Shown here piece after piece: positions 34,417 through 43,704 of a stretch of DNA of 64,000 nt. The translations under genes were made by a program, and so were the position numbers. Positions within the stretch are counted from its first letter, which is position 1. Every line of letters begins with the position of its first letter. The DNA comes from Ilumatobacteraceae bacterium. GTDB taxonomy: Bacteria; Actinomycetota; Acidimicrobiia; Acidimicrobiales; Ilumatobacteraceae. Below the pieces are notes generated by a model, which worked only from the letters and a program-made list of their open reading frames with translations, was not told the origin of the DNA and did no database searches. The stretch covers positions 320 to 64,319 of the forward strand of contig JBIKZO010000001.1 of NCBI GenBank assembly GCA_044354675.1, written 5' to 3'.

Positions 34417-34602
34417 ATGCAACACAGCATCTCACCTCAGCCGACCGAACAAGAAGCGATTGCTATTGCGACGGCTTTGGAAGCACTGTGGCCAAAAGTG
34501 CAACCTGCAGCCGAACGTGAAACACCCAATACTTCGTGGCGATTTAGTGGTCGCTGGTGGAGTGACTCAAGTGTGATCCGACGATCGCGCCCTGGGTTTT
34601 AG
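34417..34602 (+). CDS. acyl-CoA carboxylase epsilon subunit (putative)
   Basis: 61 aa ORF directly after the beta subunit. Has PTEQEAIAIATALEAL and a WRFSGRWW-type C-terminus as in actinobacterial AccE proteins (from memory). Confidence 0.5.
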   Translation: MQHSISPQPTEQEAIAIATALEALWPKVQPAAERETPNTSWRFSGRWWSDSSVIRRSRPGF

Positions 34603-34606
34603 TTTT

Positions 34607-35725
34607 TTGAACCCACCACTTTCAGACATTCGAGTGGTCGACATCTCGACAGTGTTGGCTGGCCCAAACTGTGCGCGTTACCTCGCCGACTTTGGTGCAG
34701 ACGTCATCAAGGTCGAGCGACCAGACACCGGTGATTCGTTGCGTGGCATGGCATGGCGCGACCCCCGCGACGGCGAGGGCCTGTGGTGGAAACTCGTCAA
34801 CCGCAACAAGCGCAACATCGCACTCGACCTCAAAGACGAAAGTGACCGAGCGATCTTTTTAGAGCTTGTTGATAAAGCACATGTGCTTGTCGAAAACTTT
34901 CGTCCAGGCACACTTGAGCGACTTAATCTTTCGCCAGACATGTTGCTGGCGCGCAACCCAAAGCTTGTGATCGTTCGAGTCTCCGGCTTTGGTCAAGACG
35001 GTCCTTACGCATCACGCCCAGGTTTTGCATCGATCGCGGAGTCGATGGCTGGCCTTGCAGCAGTGAGTGGTGAGCCCGACGGACCACCGATGTTGCCCGC
35101 TATTGCGCTCACCGACGAAGCAACCGGCATCACGGCTGCTTTTGCAACCATGGTTGCGTTGCACTCAGGTGTTGGCCAAGTAGTTGATGTCAACTTGCTC
35201 ACCACAGTATTTCAGCTGATGGGCCCTGTCATTTCGTTGTACAAACTCAGCGGCGAGTTACAGCCCCGACTTGGGTCGGGTTTGCCGTATTCAGTGCCGC
35301 GCGGCGTCTATCAGTGCAGTGATGCAAAGTGGGTTGGGGTTTCGGCATCAAGTGACTCAGTTGCAGCACGTGTCATGGAAGTTTTGGGTGTTAGTGGCGA
35401 TGCTCGGTTTTCAACATTTGCCGGACGCATGGCCAATCGTGAATTACTCGAACAATTAATGATCGACTGGTGTGCTGCACGAACACGAGATGAAGTTGTG
35501 GCCACACTTGCTGCTGCAGAAGCAGCCGTTGGTCCTGTCTTTGACATGGCCGACATTGCAACCGACGAACATTATGCAGCCAGACAAATGATCCCTGTAG
35601 TTGGGTCAACCCCAATGCAGGGACTCATTGCTCAACTGTCAAAAACCCCTGGTGTACTCGGCTGGGAAGGTCGACCGCTTGACGCAGACCGAGAAGACAT
35701 CCTTAAGCGTGGATGGAAGCAATAG
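34607..35725 (+). CDS. family III CoA-transferase (CaiB/BaiF)
   Basis: 372 aa. Motifs [28 protein letters not shown] and [11 protein letters not shown]. Confidence 0.85.
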   Translation: MNPPLSDIRVVDISTVLAGPNCARYLADFGADVIKVERPDTGDSLRGMAWRDPRDGEGLWWKLVNRNKRNIALDLKDESDRAIFLELVDKAHVLVENFRPGTLERLNLSPDMLLARNPKLVIVRVSGFGQDGPYASRPGFASIAESMAGLAAVSGEPDGPPMLPAIALTDEATGITAAFATMVALHSGVGQVVDVNLLTTVFQLMGPVISLYKLSGELQPRLGSGLPYSVPRGVYQCSDAKWVGVSASSDSVAARVMEVLGVSGDARFSTFAGRMANRELLEQLMIDWCAARTRDEVVATLAAAEAAVGPVFDMADIATDEHYAARQMIPVVGSTPMQGLIAQLSKTPGVLGWEGRPLDADREDILKRGWKQ

Positions 35726-36245
35726 GGCACGACACACCCGTGCCACCAATGCCGCAATAACCATTTGGATTTTTCTCCAAATACCGTTGGTGATATTCCT
35801 CGGCCATAAAAAATTCGGTTGCCGCAATGACTTCGGTTGTAATTCCCGGATATCCAGCAACACTTAATTGCGCCGCATATACATCTTTGCTTGCAAGTGC
35901 CTCGACGCGTTGAGTCTCGGTCGTGTACATGATCATGCTGCGGTACTGCGATCCAACATCGTTGCCCTGGCGCATGCCTTGGGTTGGGTTGTGCGACTCC
36001 CAAAATGTTTTCAACAACATCTGATACGTGATTTGGGCAGGGTCAAACACCACCCGAACCACTTCGGCATGTCCGGTATCTAGGTAACAAATGTCTTTAT
36101 ATGTGGGATTTGCGGTGTGGCCACCGGCATATCCAACCGCAGTCGACGTCACGCCTCCTAATTGCCACAACAAACGCTCGGCACCCCAAAAGCAGCCCAT
36201 TCCAAAGATCGCTGTTTCAAATCCAGTTGGCATTTGCGTGGTCAT
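35703..36245 (-). CDS. msrA: peptide-methionine (S)-S-oxide reductase
   Basis: 180 aa. Active-site motif GMGCFWG. The 3' end converges on and overlaps the CoA-transferase gene by 23 nt. Confidence 0.95.
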   Translation of the reverse strand: MTTQMPTGFETAIFGMGCFWGAERLLWQLGGVTSTAVGYAGGHTANPTYKDICYLDTGHAEVVRVVFDPAQITYQMLLKTFWESHNPTQGMRQGNDVGSQYRSMIMYTTETQRVEALASKDVYAAQLSVAGYPGITTEVIAATEFFMAEEYHQRYLEKNPNGYCGIGGTGVSCPIASIHA

Positions 36246-36267
36246 ACTGTCAGGCTAGAGCACAATC

Positions 36268-36774
36268 ATGAGCAACTTTCAGCCCACCACGCGAAACATA
36301 GAAATTGCCGATTTGGCCCGGGTACTCGAGATTAATAATGCCAACACGCCTGGCGTGAGCGAACTAACGATGTCCGAACTTGAAACTGACATTAAAAATT
36401 GCTTGCATGCACTAGCGATAGAAAACGAAAAGGATGAAGTCTGTGCCTTCTGTATCACGTTTGCTCCGGATGCTCCAGATGGCGGTGCCAATCATCAATG
36501 GTTCGCTGAACGGTTTGAGAGTTTTGTGTATCTCGACCGCATAGCAATTGATTCCAACCACCAAAACCGTGGTTTCGGTGCACTGCTCTACCAATCAGTT
36601 GAGCAACACATGCTCAATTTGGCGGAGCATTCACTCTTATGTTGTGAAGTAAATCTAGAGCCACCCAACCCAGGGTCGCTGCGCTTCCACAAGCGCATCG
36701 GCTTTTCTGAGGTTGGTCAACACTCACCACAACAGGGATACGTCGTATCGCTACTCCAGAAGTCAATTTTCTAA
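36268..36774 (+). CDS. GNAT family N-acetyltransferase
   Basis: 168 aa. Motifs IAIDSNHQNRGFGALLY (acetyl-CoA site) and RFHKRIGF. Confidence 0.7.
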   Translation: MSNFQPTTRNIEIADLARVLEINNANTPGVSELTMSELETDIKNCLHALAIENEKDEVCAFCITFAPDAPDGGANHQWFAERFESFVYLDRIAIDSNHQNRGFGALLYQSVEQHMLNLAEHSLLCCEVNLEPPNPGSLRFHKRIGFSEVGQHSPQQGYVVSLLQKSIF

Positions 36775-36838
36775 AATTGAGATCGGCGCTGAGGTCGCAT
36801 ACCAAATTGCATCACGTCATTCGCGCTAACCTCATCTG

Positions 36839-38332
36839 GTGAAGAAGCTGTTGGATGTTGAAAAAACTCGGATTGACTACTATGCCGACAATCAACTCAA
36901 CTCGGTACATCGATCTTCATTGTTGGTACCTGTATTACCTAACAGCGAAGTATCTATTAGTTTTTTGAATCACTTTCTGATTAAGCGACAAATCCGGTCT
37001 GTTGGATGCAGAATCACTGCGATTGACGAAGCTGGTGCTCGGTTGGGTTCGCACCTCACAGTTATTGATGAACCTCGTGTGTACACAATGTACTTGCAAC
37101 GTGATTTCAACCAAGATGCTGCAAGTTTTTTGGTTGAGTTCTACTCATCCGTGAATATTTTCATAGCATTTCCGGCCGTTATGGTTAATCACCGAACCCA
37201 AAATGCCATCAGCAGCGTCCACTCATTCAATAGAGTGCTCGCCGATGTGTTTGAGGACGACGATATTAATGGAACACATGTTCAAGAAACTGCAATTGAC
37301 ATGGCCCATGATCCAAATTTGTCTACATTCTTTGTATTGTCTGCTGGACCATACAATCTGCAGTCACCCATCACCCTTCGATTGAGTACGCGTGATTCAG
37401 AATTAAGTCATACGCTAAATGTGAATATCCCGAGATTCACTCAACAAGTTTTCGAATTGAAACACATTGTGCCCACTTGGTCAAACCTTCAGGGAACATT
37501 GTTTATCGATCAACCAGATCAGAAATTGTTTTATGGTCGCCTATTTGTCGGACAGATTGCCAAGGATGGATCCTTTGTCGGGAACCACTCATATTATGAC
37601 TCATCGCACGTTGAAGGTGAATATTGGGACAACAACAACCCCTCCTTCAGAACATACCCAATAATCAATGAGCTTGACACGCTTATTCGGTTCTACCCAA
37701 TTATGTCCCCATCCGAATTGGAAATTACAGTCATTTTTAATGATGCAAGTGGATTGCAATTGGCTAAATCATCTTCAATGAAGCTCACATCTCCAGGCAA
37801 TAACAACTTTGAAATTGATATAAAAAAAACTGCATTTAAGATTGGTGTCGATATACAGTCGCTCAACTCATTTACTGTCCAGGCGTGGCCAGCTAGTGGA
37901 AACACACCGACCCGTGTTAACCATCAAGTGGTTTATGGAAGATCGGCGCTAGAAACTTCAATCAATACTTCGCTGCAGAATTACAGCGTATTTCACTCGA
38001 AATCAAAGCTGCGCACTTCATGGGGGCAACTTGTTAATTCTGAAGAATTTGAGACATGGCTGACCATTACGAATGACGGCAACGCGGCAGAATTTGAATC
38101 TCTAGATATAAATTTCTACGATGAAAGTGGATACCTCGCCACTGAGTCAATAAACGTCTCATTTCAATCTGCGAAAGTAGTAAATGTAAGGGACATGATG
38201 AAGAGACTTAATTTGGTCTCAAAAAGTGAGTTCGTTTGGTATGAATTTGAAGCTACGAACAGCTTTATGACGGCTATGTCTCTTTTTCTTCATATTAAAT
38301 CTGGCAATTGCGCAGGAGAACATAATTTTTAG
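36839..38332 (+). CDS. orphan cytoplasmic protein with internal roughly 110-130 aa periodicity, function unknown
   Basis: 497 aa with GTG start. No signal peptide or TM helix and no catalytic motif I recognise. Recurring beta-strand-rich segments end in N/E-H-x-x-F/Y at His128, His250, His362 and His495. Confidence 0.6.
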   Translation: MKKLLDVEKTRIDYYADNQLNSVHRSSLLVPVLPNSEVSISFLNHFLIKRQIRSVGCRITAIDEAGARLGSHLTVIDEPRVYTMYLQRDFNQDAASFLVEFYSSVNIFIAFPAVMVNHRTQNAISSVHSFNRVLADVFEDDDINGTHVQETAIDMAHDPNLSTFFVLSAGPYNLQSPITLRLSTRDSELSHTLNVNIPRFTQQVFELKHIVPTWSNLQGTLFIDQPDQKLFYGRLFVGQIAKDGSFVGNHSYYDSSHVEGEYWDNNNPSFRTYPIINELDTLIRFYPIMSPSELEITVIFNDASGLQLAKSSSMKLTSPGNNNFEIDIKKTAFKIGVDIQSLNSFTVQAWPASGNTPTRVNHQVVYGRSALETSINTSLQNYSVFHSKSKLRTSWGQLVNSEEFETWLTITNDGNAAEFESLDINFYDESGYLATESINVSFQSAKVVNVRDMMKRLNLVSKSEFVWYEFEATNSFMTAMSLFLHIKSGNCAGEHNF

Positions 38333-38347
38333 GTAACAACGAAGGAT

Positions 38348-39541
38348 TTGGTTGGTTTGAAGAGCAAAATTTTGAGGCTGCGACCATGGATTGAGTATCT
38401 GATGCTCGCGCTCATTTTTGGGTTGGTTTTATCTCTTCGGATTCGAAGTGCACTTTTCCGACTTCCACCCGACCCGGGCTATTACATGTTTGATGATGCG
38501 AGGCATGCAAGTTTTTGGAAAGTGTTTTCATACAATTCTTGGGAAGGATACATTTCAATACTTCCGCGGCTACTAGCGATTTCAACAGCACCGTTTTCAC
38601 TCGCGTATACGGCAATTTTCGCGTCACTCATTACAACTTTGATTTGGGTTCTTACAGGGGTCACTGTGTTTGCTGTACTACGCATTCTCACAAAGAGTTC
38701 GCTACTAGCGCTGCTTGGAAGTGCAATTGTAGTGTTGGTGCCATCTGCAAGCGAAAGCAGTATTGGAAACTTTGGTAATGCTAAGTGGCAACTCTTTATC
38801 CTGACCTCTGTTATTTCGGTCTGTCCAAAGTTTTTTGTGAGATTTAAAAAGGCTTCGATCACAGTCTTTATTGTTTCTGGACTATCTAATCCATTGGCAA
38901 TTGTGGCCATTGTCCCACTTTTAACTGCAATGAAAAATAAGAGCTCTAAAAATTCAAGAGTTTCAGGAATACTTATTTCTTGTATGGCTTTTACTTTTGC
39001 GTTACAAGTTCTGGCGTTTCGAGCATCCGGAGCAAACAGAGTTAGACCCCAGATTGTTCGATGGAAATGGGGTGAATTTTCAACTTTTTGGGATTTTAAT
39101 TTTCTTTTTCCATTGCTGTTGGCAGCTGTCGTAGTTGGCATTTCGTTATTGTCGTACTTTTTGAGTCGAGAAATTTTGTGGACGCCCGTCAATATCGCCA
39201 TAACTTCATTGGCGATTGTTGCAATCAGTTACATTCAGGGAGGACTGGCAGATAGATACTTTGTAGCTCCAACAGTGCTCAGTTGGCTTTCACTTATTTT
39301 GTTGTTTCATGAATCAAGCGGTGTTACTAGAGCAATTACTCGCACTCTACTCTTTGCTACTTCATCCATATTTCTCATCGGTTCCATTACTTGGTTCCAA
39401 GCAAGTAGTTACCTAAATTCGGGACCGACTTGGAGCAGTGAGATAAGCCGAGTTCGAATTGAATGCATGCAGACTGGTGCCGAGTGGATTGATGTGAATT
39501 TGTCGCTGGGTTCGGTCGAGGTTCGTTGTGAAGATGTCTGA
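38348..39541 (+). CDS. polytopic membrane protein, GT-C-like (putative polyprenyl-phosphate-sugar dependent glycosyltransferase)
   Basis: 397 aa with about 9-10 hydrophobic helices. The acidic DD pair (YYMFDDARH) in the first loop after TM1 resembles the GT-C signature. No homology search was possible. Confidence 0.4.
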   Translation: MVGLKSKILRLRPWIEYLMLALIFGLVLSLRIRSALFRLPPDPGYYMFDDARHASFWKVFSYNSWEGYISILPRLLAISTAPFSLAYTAIFASLITTLIWVLTGVTVFAVLRILTKSSLLALLGSAIVVLVPSASESSIGNFGNAKWQLFILTSVISVCPKFFVRFKKASITVFIVSGLSNPLAIVAIVPLLTAMKNKSSKNSRVSGILISCMAFTFALQVLAFRASGANRVRPQIVRWKWGEFSTFWDFNFLFPLLLAAVVVGISLLSYFLSREILWTPVNIAITSLAIVAISYIQGGLADRYFVAPTVLSWLSLILLFHESSGVTRAITRTLLFATSSIFLIGSITWFQASSYLNSGPTWSSEISRVRIECMQTGAEWIDVNLSLGSVEVRCEDV

Positions 39542-39589
39542 TCGATTTTTTCGACCACGCACTGAATCTCTTGTAGTACCATGATTTAA

Positions 39590-41605
39590 TTGGATTCGAT
39601 TAAAATTAGATCAGATATTCAAGGCTTGCGAGGGCTGGCTGTTTTGGCCGTGGTCGCATACCATGCACAACTTCCGCTGCCTGGCGGATTTGTTGGCGTT
39701 GACATGTTTTTTGTCATTTCTGGATGGGTGGTCACAAATACGGTAATTCGGCAGGTGTCGGAAAATAGTTTTTCAATCAACTCTTTTTACAGTAAGCGAA
39801 TTAAGCGCCTAATACCAATGTTGACCGTTGTGAACTTGGCAACCCTATTACTGGTTGTTATTTTTCTCTCGCCATTTGGCGAAATTCAAAAAGCATTATC
39901 TACAGTTCGTTGGTCAACTTTTTTTGGAGCAAATATTGAGTTGCTAAGAACAGACTCATACACCAACTTAATTGGGAATCCATTCCGACATCTTTGGTCT
40001 TTGGCGGTGGAAGAGCAGTTCTATTTATTTTATCCATTGCTTGTTTTTGCAATCAGAGCACTCAATACTCGACTATTTCATCTCCAATTTGAAAAAACTC
40101 TCCGCGTGGTATCGGTCGTAATTCTTTTTGGTTCAGCCGTTTATTGTTTGTCATTGTCTTCCCATGGAATTGGAACTACCCCAATCCGCATGGCGTTTTT
40201 TTCTATGCCTTCGAGAATGTGGGAGTTCGCTTGTGGGGTAATTTTGGCGACTTACGGGGGACGCGTTCATCGAATTAACTCGTTTATTAGCTCAGTTCTT
40301 GGCCTTATCGGAATATTTTTGCTGCTGTGGTCGTTCACAGCATTCAACGCTCTCACCGTTTTCCCTGGGTGGGCAACCATTGCGCCAGTTTTGGGTACGA
40401 CCCTCTTATTGCTCAGTGGTGAAACGAGCACCATCGTTGAGAGAATTCTTTCATTTAAAGCTTTCGTCTACTTTGGCAACCTCTCCTATGGGTGGTATCT
40501 CTGGCACTGGCCCTTAATTGTTGTGACCAAAATTCTTTTTCCAAATAATGATTTTTCACTCATCATTGCGGCGCTTGTTGCGCTTGTTATTGCTCAAATT
40601 TGTTTTGTCATTTTTGAGAATCCAATTAGAAAATCGGTACGAATTGGTCGGGGTAAGTCATTTCTCATGCTGGGAACTTCATGTTTGCTCGTCTTTTGTG
40701 TGACTACCGGGATTCACGTAATCGCTCGAAATGGTTTTGGACTGCAATCAGTAGTTGAAATTGATATGAGTGCACAACGTGACACCGTCTTGCGAAATCG
40801 AAAACAGTGCTCAATAGAAAATGAGCAGGATGCTTCACGTTTTGTTTATTTGAGTGCTTCTGATTTTCTTGAGTCATGTTCAAACGGCGTGGTATTGCAA
40901 GATCAGCAGAGACCAGACGTCCTTTTGGTGGGTGACTCACAGGCGGATTCATACGCAGATGGACTATTTGAGGCTGGAAGTCAGCTAGGTCTGTCAACTT
41001 TTGGGTATTTTGCAGATGGGTGCCCGTTTATCGCTCGAGCACCGCTTCGAACTAGCGAATACTGCAATGACGTCAATCAACATGTGTTGTCGATTATTTC
41101 GGAATTGCAACCTAAAATTCTTGTAATCACCAATAGATACGATTTTCTTGCTACAAACTTAGATGAGATGAATAACCGTGTGCCATTCGCCGATGGATCA
41201 CTTCCCAAAAACTATTCGGAACAACTTAGTTCTATTTCGTTGTCTCTATCAGACATGGTTACCACGATTCATCCCTCAATAAGCAACATCATTATTGTCA
41301 CAGATTTGGCGAATCCTTCACTACCACCAAGAACACTCTTCGAAAGGACTTCGTTCGCAAGGAATGCGGGTAATGACCCATATAGTGAAATTCGTGCAGT
41401 GCGAGACGAGGTCAATGTTCCGATTCAAAACCTTTTAGGTAGTAAACAGAATTTTAGGCTTCTGAATTTCTCTCATGAGCTCTGTGATGCGTCTGATTTC
41501 TGTTCTGGTGTTAGTGCAGGTCTTCCGATTTTTATTGATGAAAACCACTTGAACGCAACGGGCAGTAAAAAGTTAACTCCAGCTTGGATTGAAATCCTTG
41601 ATTAA
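39590..41605 (+). CDS. acyltransferase-3 (OafA/YrhL-type) fused to an SGNH-like C-terminal domain
   Basis: 671 aa with TTG start. Has the N-terminal signature DIQGLRGLAVLAVVAYH and about 10 TM helices. The C-terminal soluble domain carries LLVGDSQADS (GDS) as in O-acetyltransferase SGNH extensions. Confidence 0.8.
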   Translation: MDSIKIRSDIQGLRGLAVLAVVAYHAQLPLPGGFVGVDMFFVISGWVVTNTVIRQVSENSFSINSFYSKRIKRLIPMLTVVNLATLLLVVIFLSPFGEIQKALSTVRWSTFFGANIELLRTDSYTNLIGNPFRHLWSLAVEEQFYLFYPLLVFAIRALNTRLFHLQFEKTLRVVSVVILFGSAVYCLSLSSHGIGTTPIRMAFFSMPSRMWEFACGVILATYGGRVHRINSFISSVLGLIGIFLLLWSFTAFNALTVFPGWATIAPVLGTTLLLLSGETSTIVERILSFKAFVYFGNLSYGWYLWHWPLIVVTKILFPNNDFSLIIAALVALVIAQICFVIFENPIRKSVRIGRGKSFLMLGTSCLLVFCVTTGIHVIARNGFGLQSVVEIDMSAQRDTVLRNRKQCSIENEQDASRFVYLSASDFLESCSNGVVLQDQQRPDVLLVGDSQADSYADGLFEAGSQLGLSTFGYFADGCPFIARAPLRTSEYCNDVNQHVLSIISELQPKILVITNRYDFLATNLDEMNNRVPFADGSLPKNYSEQLSSISLSLSDMVTTIHPSISNIIIVTDLANPSLPPRTLFERTSFARNAGNDPYSEIRAVRDEVNVPIQNLLGSKQNFRLLNFSHELCDASDFCSGVSAGLPIFIDENHLNATGSKKLTPAWIEILD

Positions 41606-41634
41606 GCAAATAAATGATTACAAACTTTGGGGAC

Positions 41635-42777
41635 TCACCCAGCACCAGGTCTGACACGCAACCTTGCGCGAACTCGGCTGAGTGGCTTTTCTACTGCAAA
41701 ATAGACGATTACTGCATACCCAAATATGATCACCAGGGCAAGCAACAACCTGACTTTATTGTTCATAACCAAATTCGCTGGAGAAAGAGCACCAAATACT
41801 AAGACGTGAATCAAATAAACAGAGTATGAAACTAAACCAATAGAACGCAAAATGCGTATCGAGAAGATTTTGTTGGCAAAAGTTCCTGGATAAGAAGCAG
41901 CCATGATGACAAAAGCAGACGCAATTGCTACTGCAGTCAGGCCCCCCTGATAGTTCCAAGAGTCCCCATTGTCAACGGCCCACATGTACCAACTCAAAAA
42001 TATTATTGACGGAGTGAACGTCCAAAAAATTAGTTTTTTGGGTTGTACAATTTTGCTCTTACGATAGACACTTGCTAGTGCTCCCACAAAAAAGGAGTCA
42101 AATCGGAGATCCGTTCTAAAATATAACTGGATCCAGTTTTCCTCAATTCCTCCACTATGAAGAATCGAAATTTTTGCACAGAATGACCAGATAATCAAAG
42201 AACAACTGAGACAAACCAGAAAGCGCTCAATACTGATCTTGGTTGCAAGCCACCTGTGCACTAGCGCTATCACTGCAACTATGAAGTAGAACTGCTCTTC
42301 AACCGACAACGACCAAATAATCCCTAGATGTTGGGATCGTTCTATCTTGGTTATGATCGCCCAATTGATCACAGAAAAAATCGAATAAACAACTGTCGTT
42401 CCAAAAACATACAAGTTGTCACCTGATTTGATCGCCCAAATCAATGCAGTAAGAAGAAAAATAAGAAGTGGTGGCATCAGACGAATTTCACGACGTAAAA
42501 AGAATTTAAAAAAATTTATACTTCCGGTGTCCTGGTGTTCCCTGAGTAGCAGAGCGGTGATCAAAAATCCGCTGAGCACAAAAAACATGTCAACTCCGAT
42601 GAACCCACCCTTGCTGACTGGGTCTATTAATCGTGGCACTGAGGGCCAACTTTCGGCAAGATGAAATCCAAGAACCGCAATGATTGCGATTCCTCGGAAA
42701 CCATCTAGCGAACCCATTCTTTGACTGTCAACTAGCAAGGGTTGAGACTTGTTAAGTGCGTTGTCTCCAAACGGCAT
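41635..42777 (-). CDS. acyltransferase-3 family membrane protein
   Basis: 380 aa. Has LDGFRGIAIIAVLGFH and about 10 TM helices, with no SGNH domain. Convergent with the previous gene across a 29-nt gap. Confidence 0.8.
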   Translation of the reverse strand: MPFGDNALNKSQPLLVDSQRMGSLDGFRGIAIIAVLGFHLAESWPSVPRLIDPVSKGGFIGVDMFFVLSGFLITALLLREHQDTGSINFFKFFLRREIRLMPPLLIFLLTALIWAIKSGDNLYVFGTTVVYSIFSVINWAIITKIERSQHLGIIWSLSVEEQFYFIVAVIALVHRWLATKISIERFLVCLSCSLIIWSFCAKISILHSGGIEENWIQLYFRTDLRFDSFFVGALASVYRKSKIVQPKKLIFWTFTPSIIFLSWYMWAVDNGDSWNYQGGLTAVAIASAFVIMAASYPGTFANKIFSIRILRSIGLVSYSVYLIHVLVFGALSPANLVMNNKVRLLLALVIIFGYAVIVYFAVEKPLSRVRARLRVRPGAG

Positions 42778-42865
42778 TTATACGAATGTAGTCGGATTAC
42801 AAAAACACAATAGCTATACCGAATATCTGAGACTCAATGAATTAATCCCATTTTCTAGTATCGCA

Positions 42866-42941
42866 TGGTGCGCTCGGCCGGAGTCGAACCGACAACCTTC
42901 TGATCCGTAGTCAGATGCTCTATCCATTGAGCTACGAGCGC
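42866..42941 (-). tRNA. tRNA-Arg (anticodon ACG)
   Basis: Hand-folded. GCGCTCGTAGCTCAATGGATAGAGC, anticodon stem TCTGA/TCAGA with loop CUACGGA, TPsiC GGTTCGACTCC, encoded CCA. Confidence 0.9.
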
Positions 42942-42993
42942 TTAACAATGCCTCAGTCTACTTGCCACCGCGATAACGACTACACGAATTTTT

Positions 42994-43548
42994 CTACTTC
43001 CAAGGACCCCAGCCGTTGTTGCGTTGGTACATGCGGTAAGCAGCGGCTGCATTGAGTCGAGGGTCGAGCAATTGATTGGCCGAGATAACGCCGACTTCGG
43101 GAAGCCACAATTTGTGCCAGCGATAGTAAATCTGAAAGAGGCCATAACAACACTTACTCCGGCTGATAGCCCCAGGTTGATATTTGCTTTCTCGGTGTGC
43201 GATGAAGAGTGCGCGCTCCTCAAGGTCATCGGGCCACGCATCTCGAATGATTTGAATAACTTCTGCTTGTGTGTACTTGGGGATGGCAGGTGTGGTTGCA
43301 ACTGGTGTTGACTGACCAGGCACACATACTTCGTCACCAATCAAAATTTTTGTACTTGTTTTTGCACCGTTAAGTTTCAGTAAGCGATTCAGCGTGATCT
43401 CTGATTTTCCGGCAATTGACCACCATGAATCACCGCGTTTAGCAATGTATGTGCTCGGGCAAGATGCAGCATCAACTTGCTGTGGTGACACAACACTGCA
43501 CACGAGTGCAGCGGCGCACAGGAGCATCAACCTGTTACGAACAATCAT
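42994..43548 (-). CDS. secreted LysM-domain lytic transglycosylase (SLT/lysozyme-like)
   Basis: Start at MIVRNRLMLLCAAALVCSVVSPQQVDA (signal peptide). LysM segment YIAKRGDSWWSIAGK...LNG. SLT-like C-terminus with HRESKYQP and YGLFQI. The upstream part of ORF 42994-43575 is translated tRNA. Confidence 0.8.
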   Translation of the reverse strand: MIVRNRLMLLCAAALVCSVVSPQQVDAASCPSTYIAKRGDSWWSIAGKSEITLNRLLKLNGAKTSTKILIGDEVCVPGQSTPVATTPAIPKYTQAEVIQIIRDAWPDDLEERALFIAHRESKYQPGAISRSKCCYGLFQIYYRWHKLWLPEVGVISANQLLDPRLNAAAAYRMYQRNNGWGPWK

Positions 43549-43638
43549 GGCGGAGAGGGTGGGATTTGAACCCACGGTCCGGTTTACCCGGACAACGCCT
43601 TAGCAGGGCGCCCCATTCGGCCTCTCTGGCACCTCTCC
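43548..43638 (-). tRNA. tRNA-Ser (anticodon GCU)
   Basis: Hand-folded. Acceptor GGAGAGG/CCTCTCC, anticodon stem GCGCC/GGCGT with loop CUGCUAA, long variable arm, TPsiC GGTTCAAATCC, encoded CCA. Confidence 0.9.
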
Positions 43639-43704
43639 AATTGATCTAACTTGTGCACAACCCTACAAACGAAAACGAACTAATGCTCCGCCATTTACGC
43701 GCTG

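Noticed and set aside
36775-42941. Classical integrative island inserted at the 3' end of tRNA-Arg(ACG)
   Set aside because: There is no integrase, excisionase or transfer gene. I could not find a direct repeat of the tRNA 3' segment (tggtgcgctcggcc...) near the distal end at about 36.8 kb. I treat it as a flexible glycan cassette instead.
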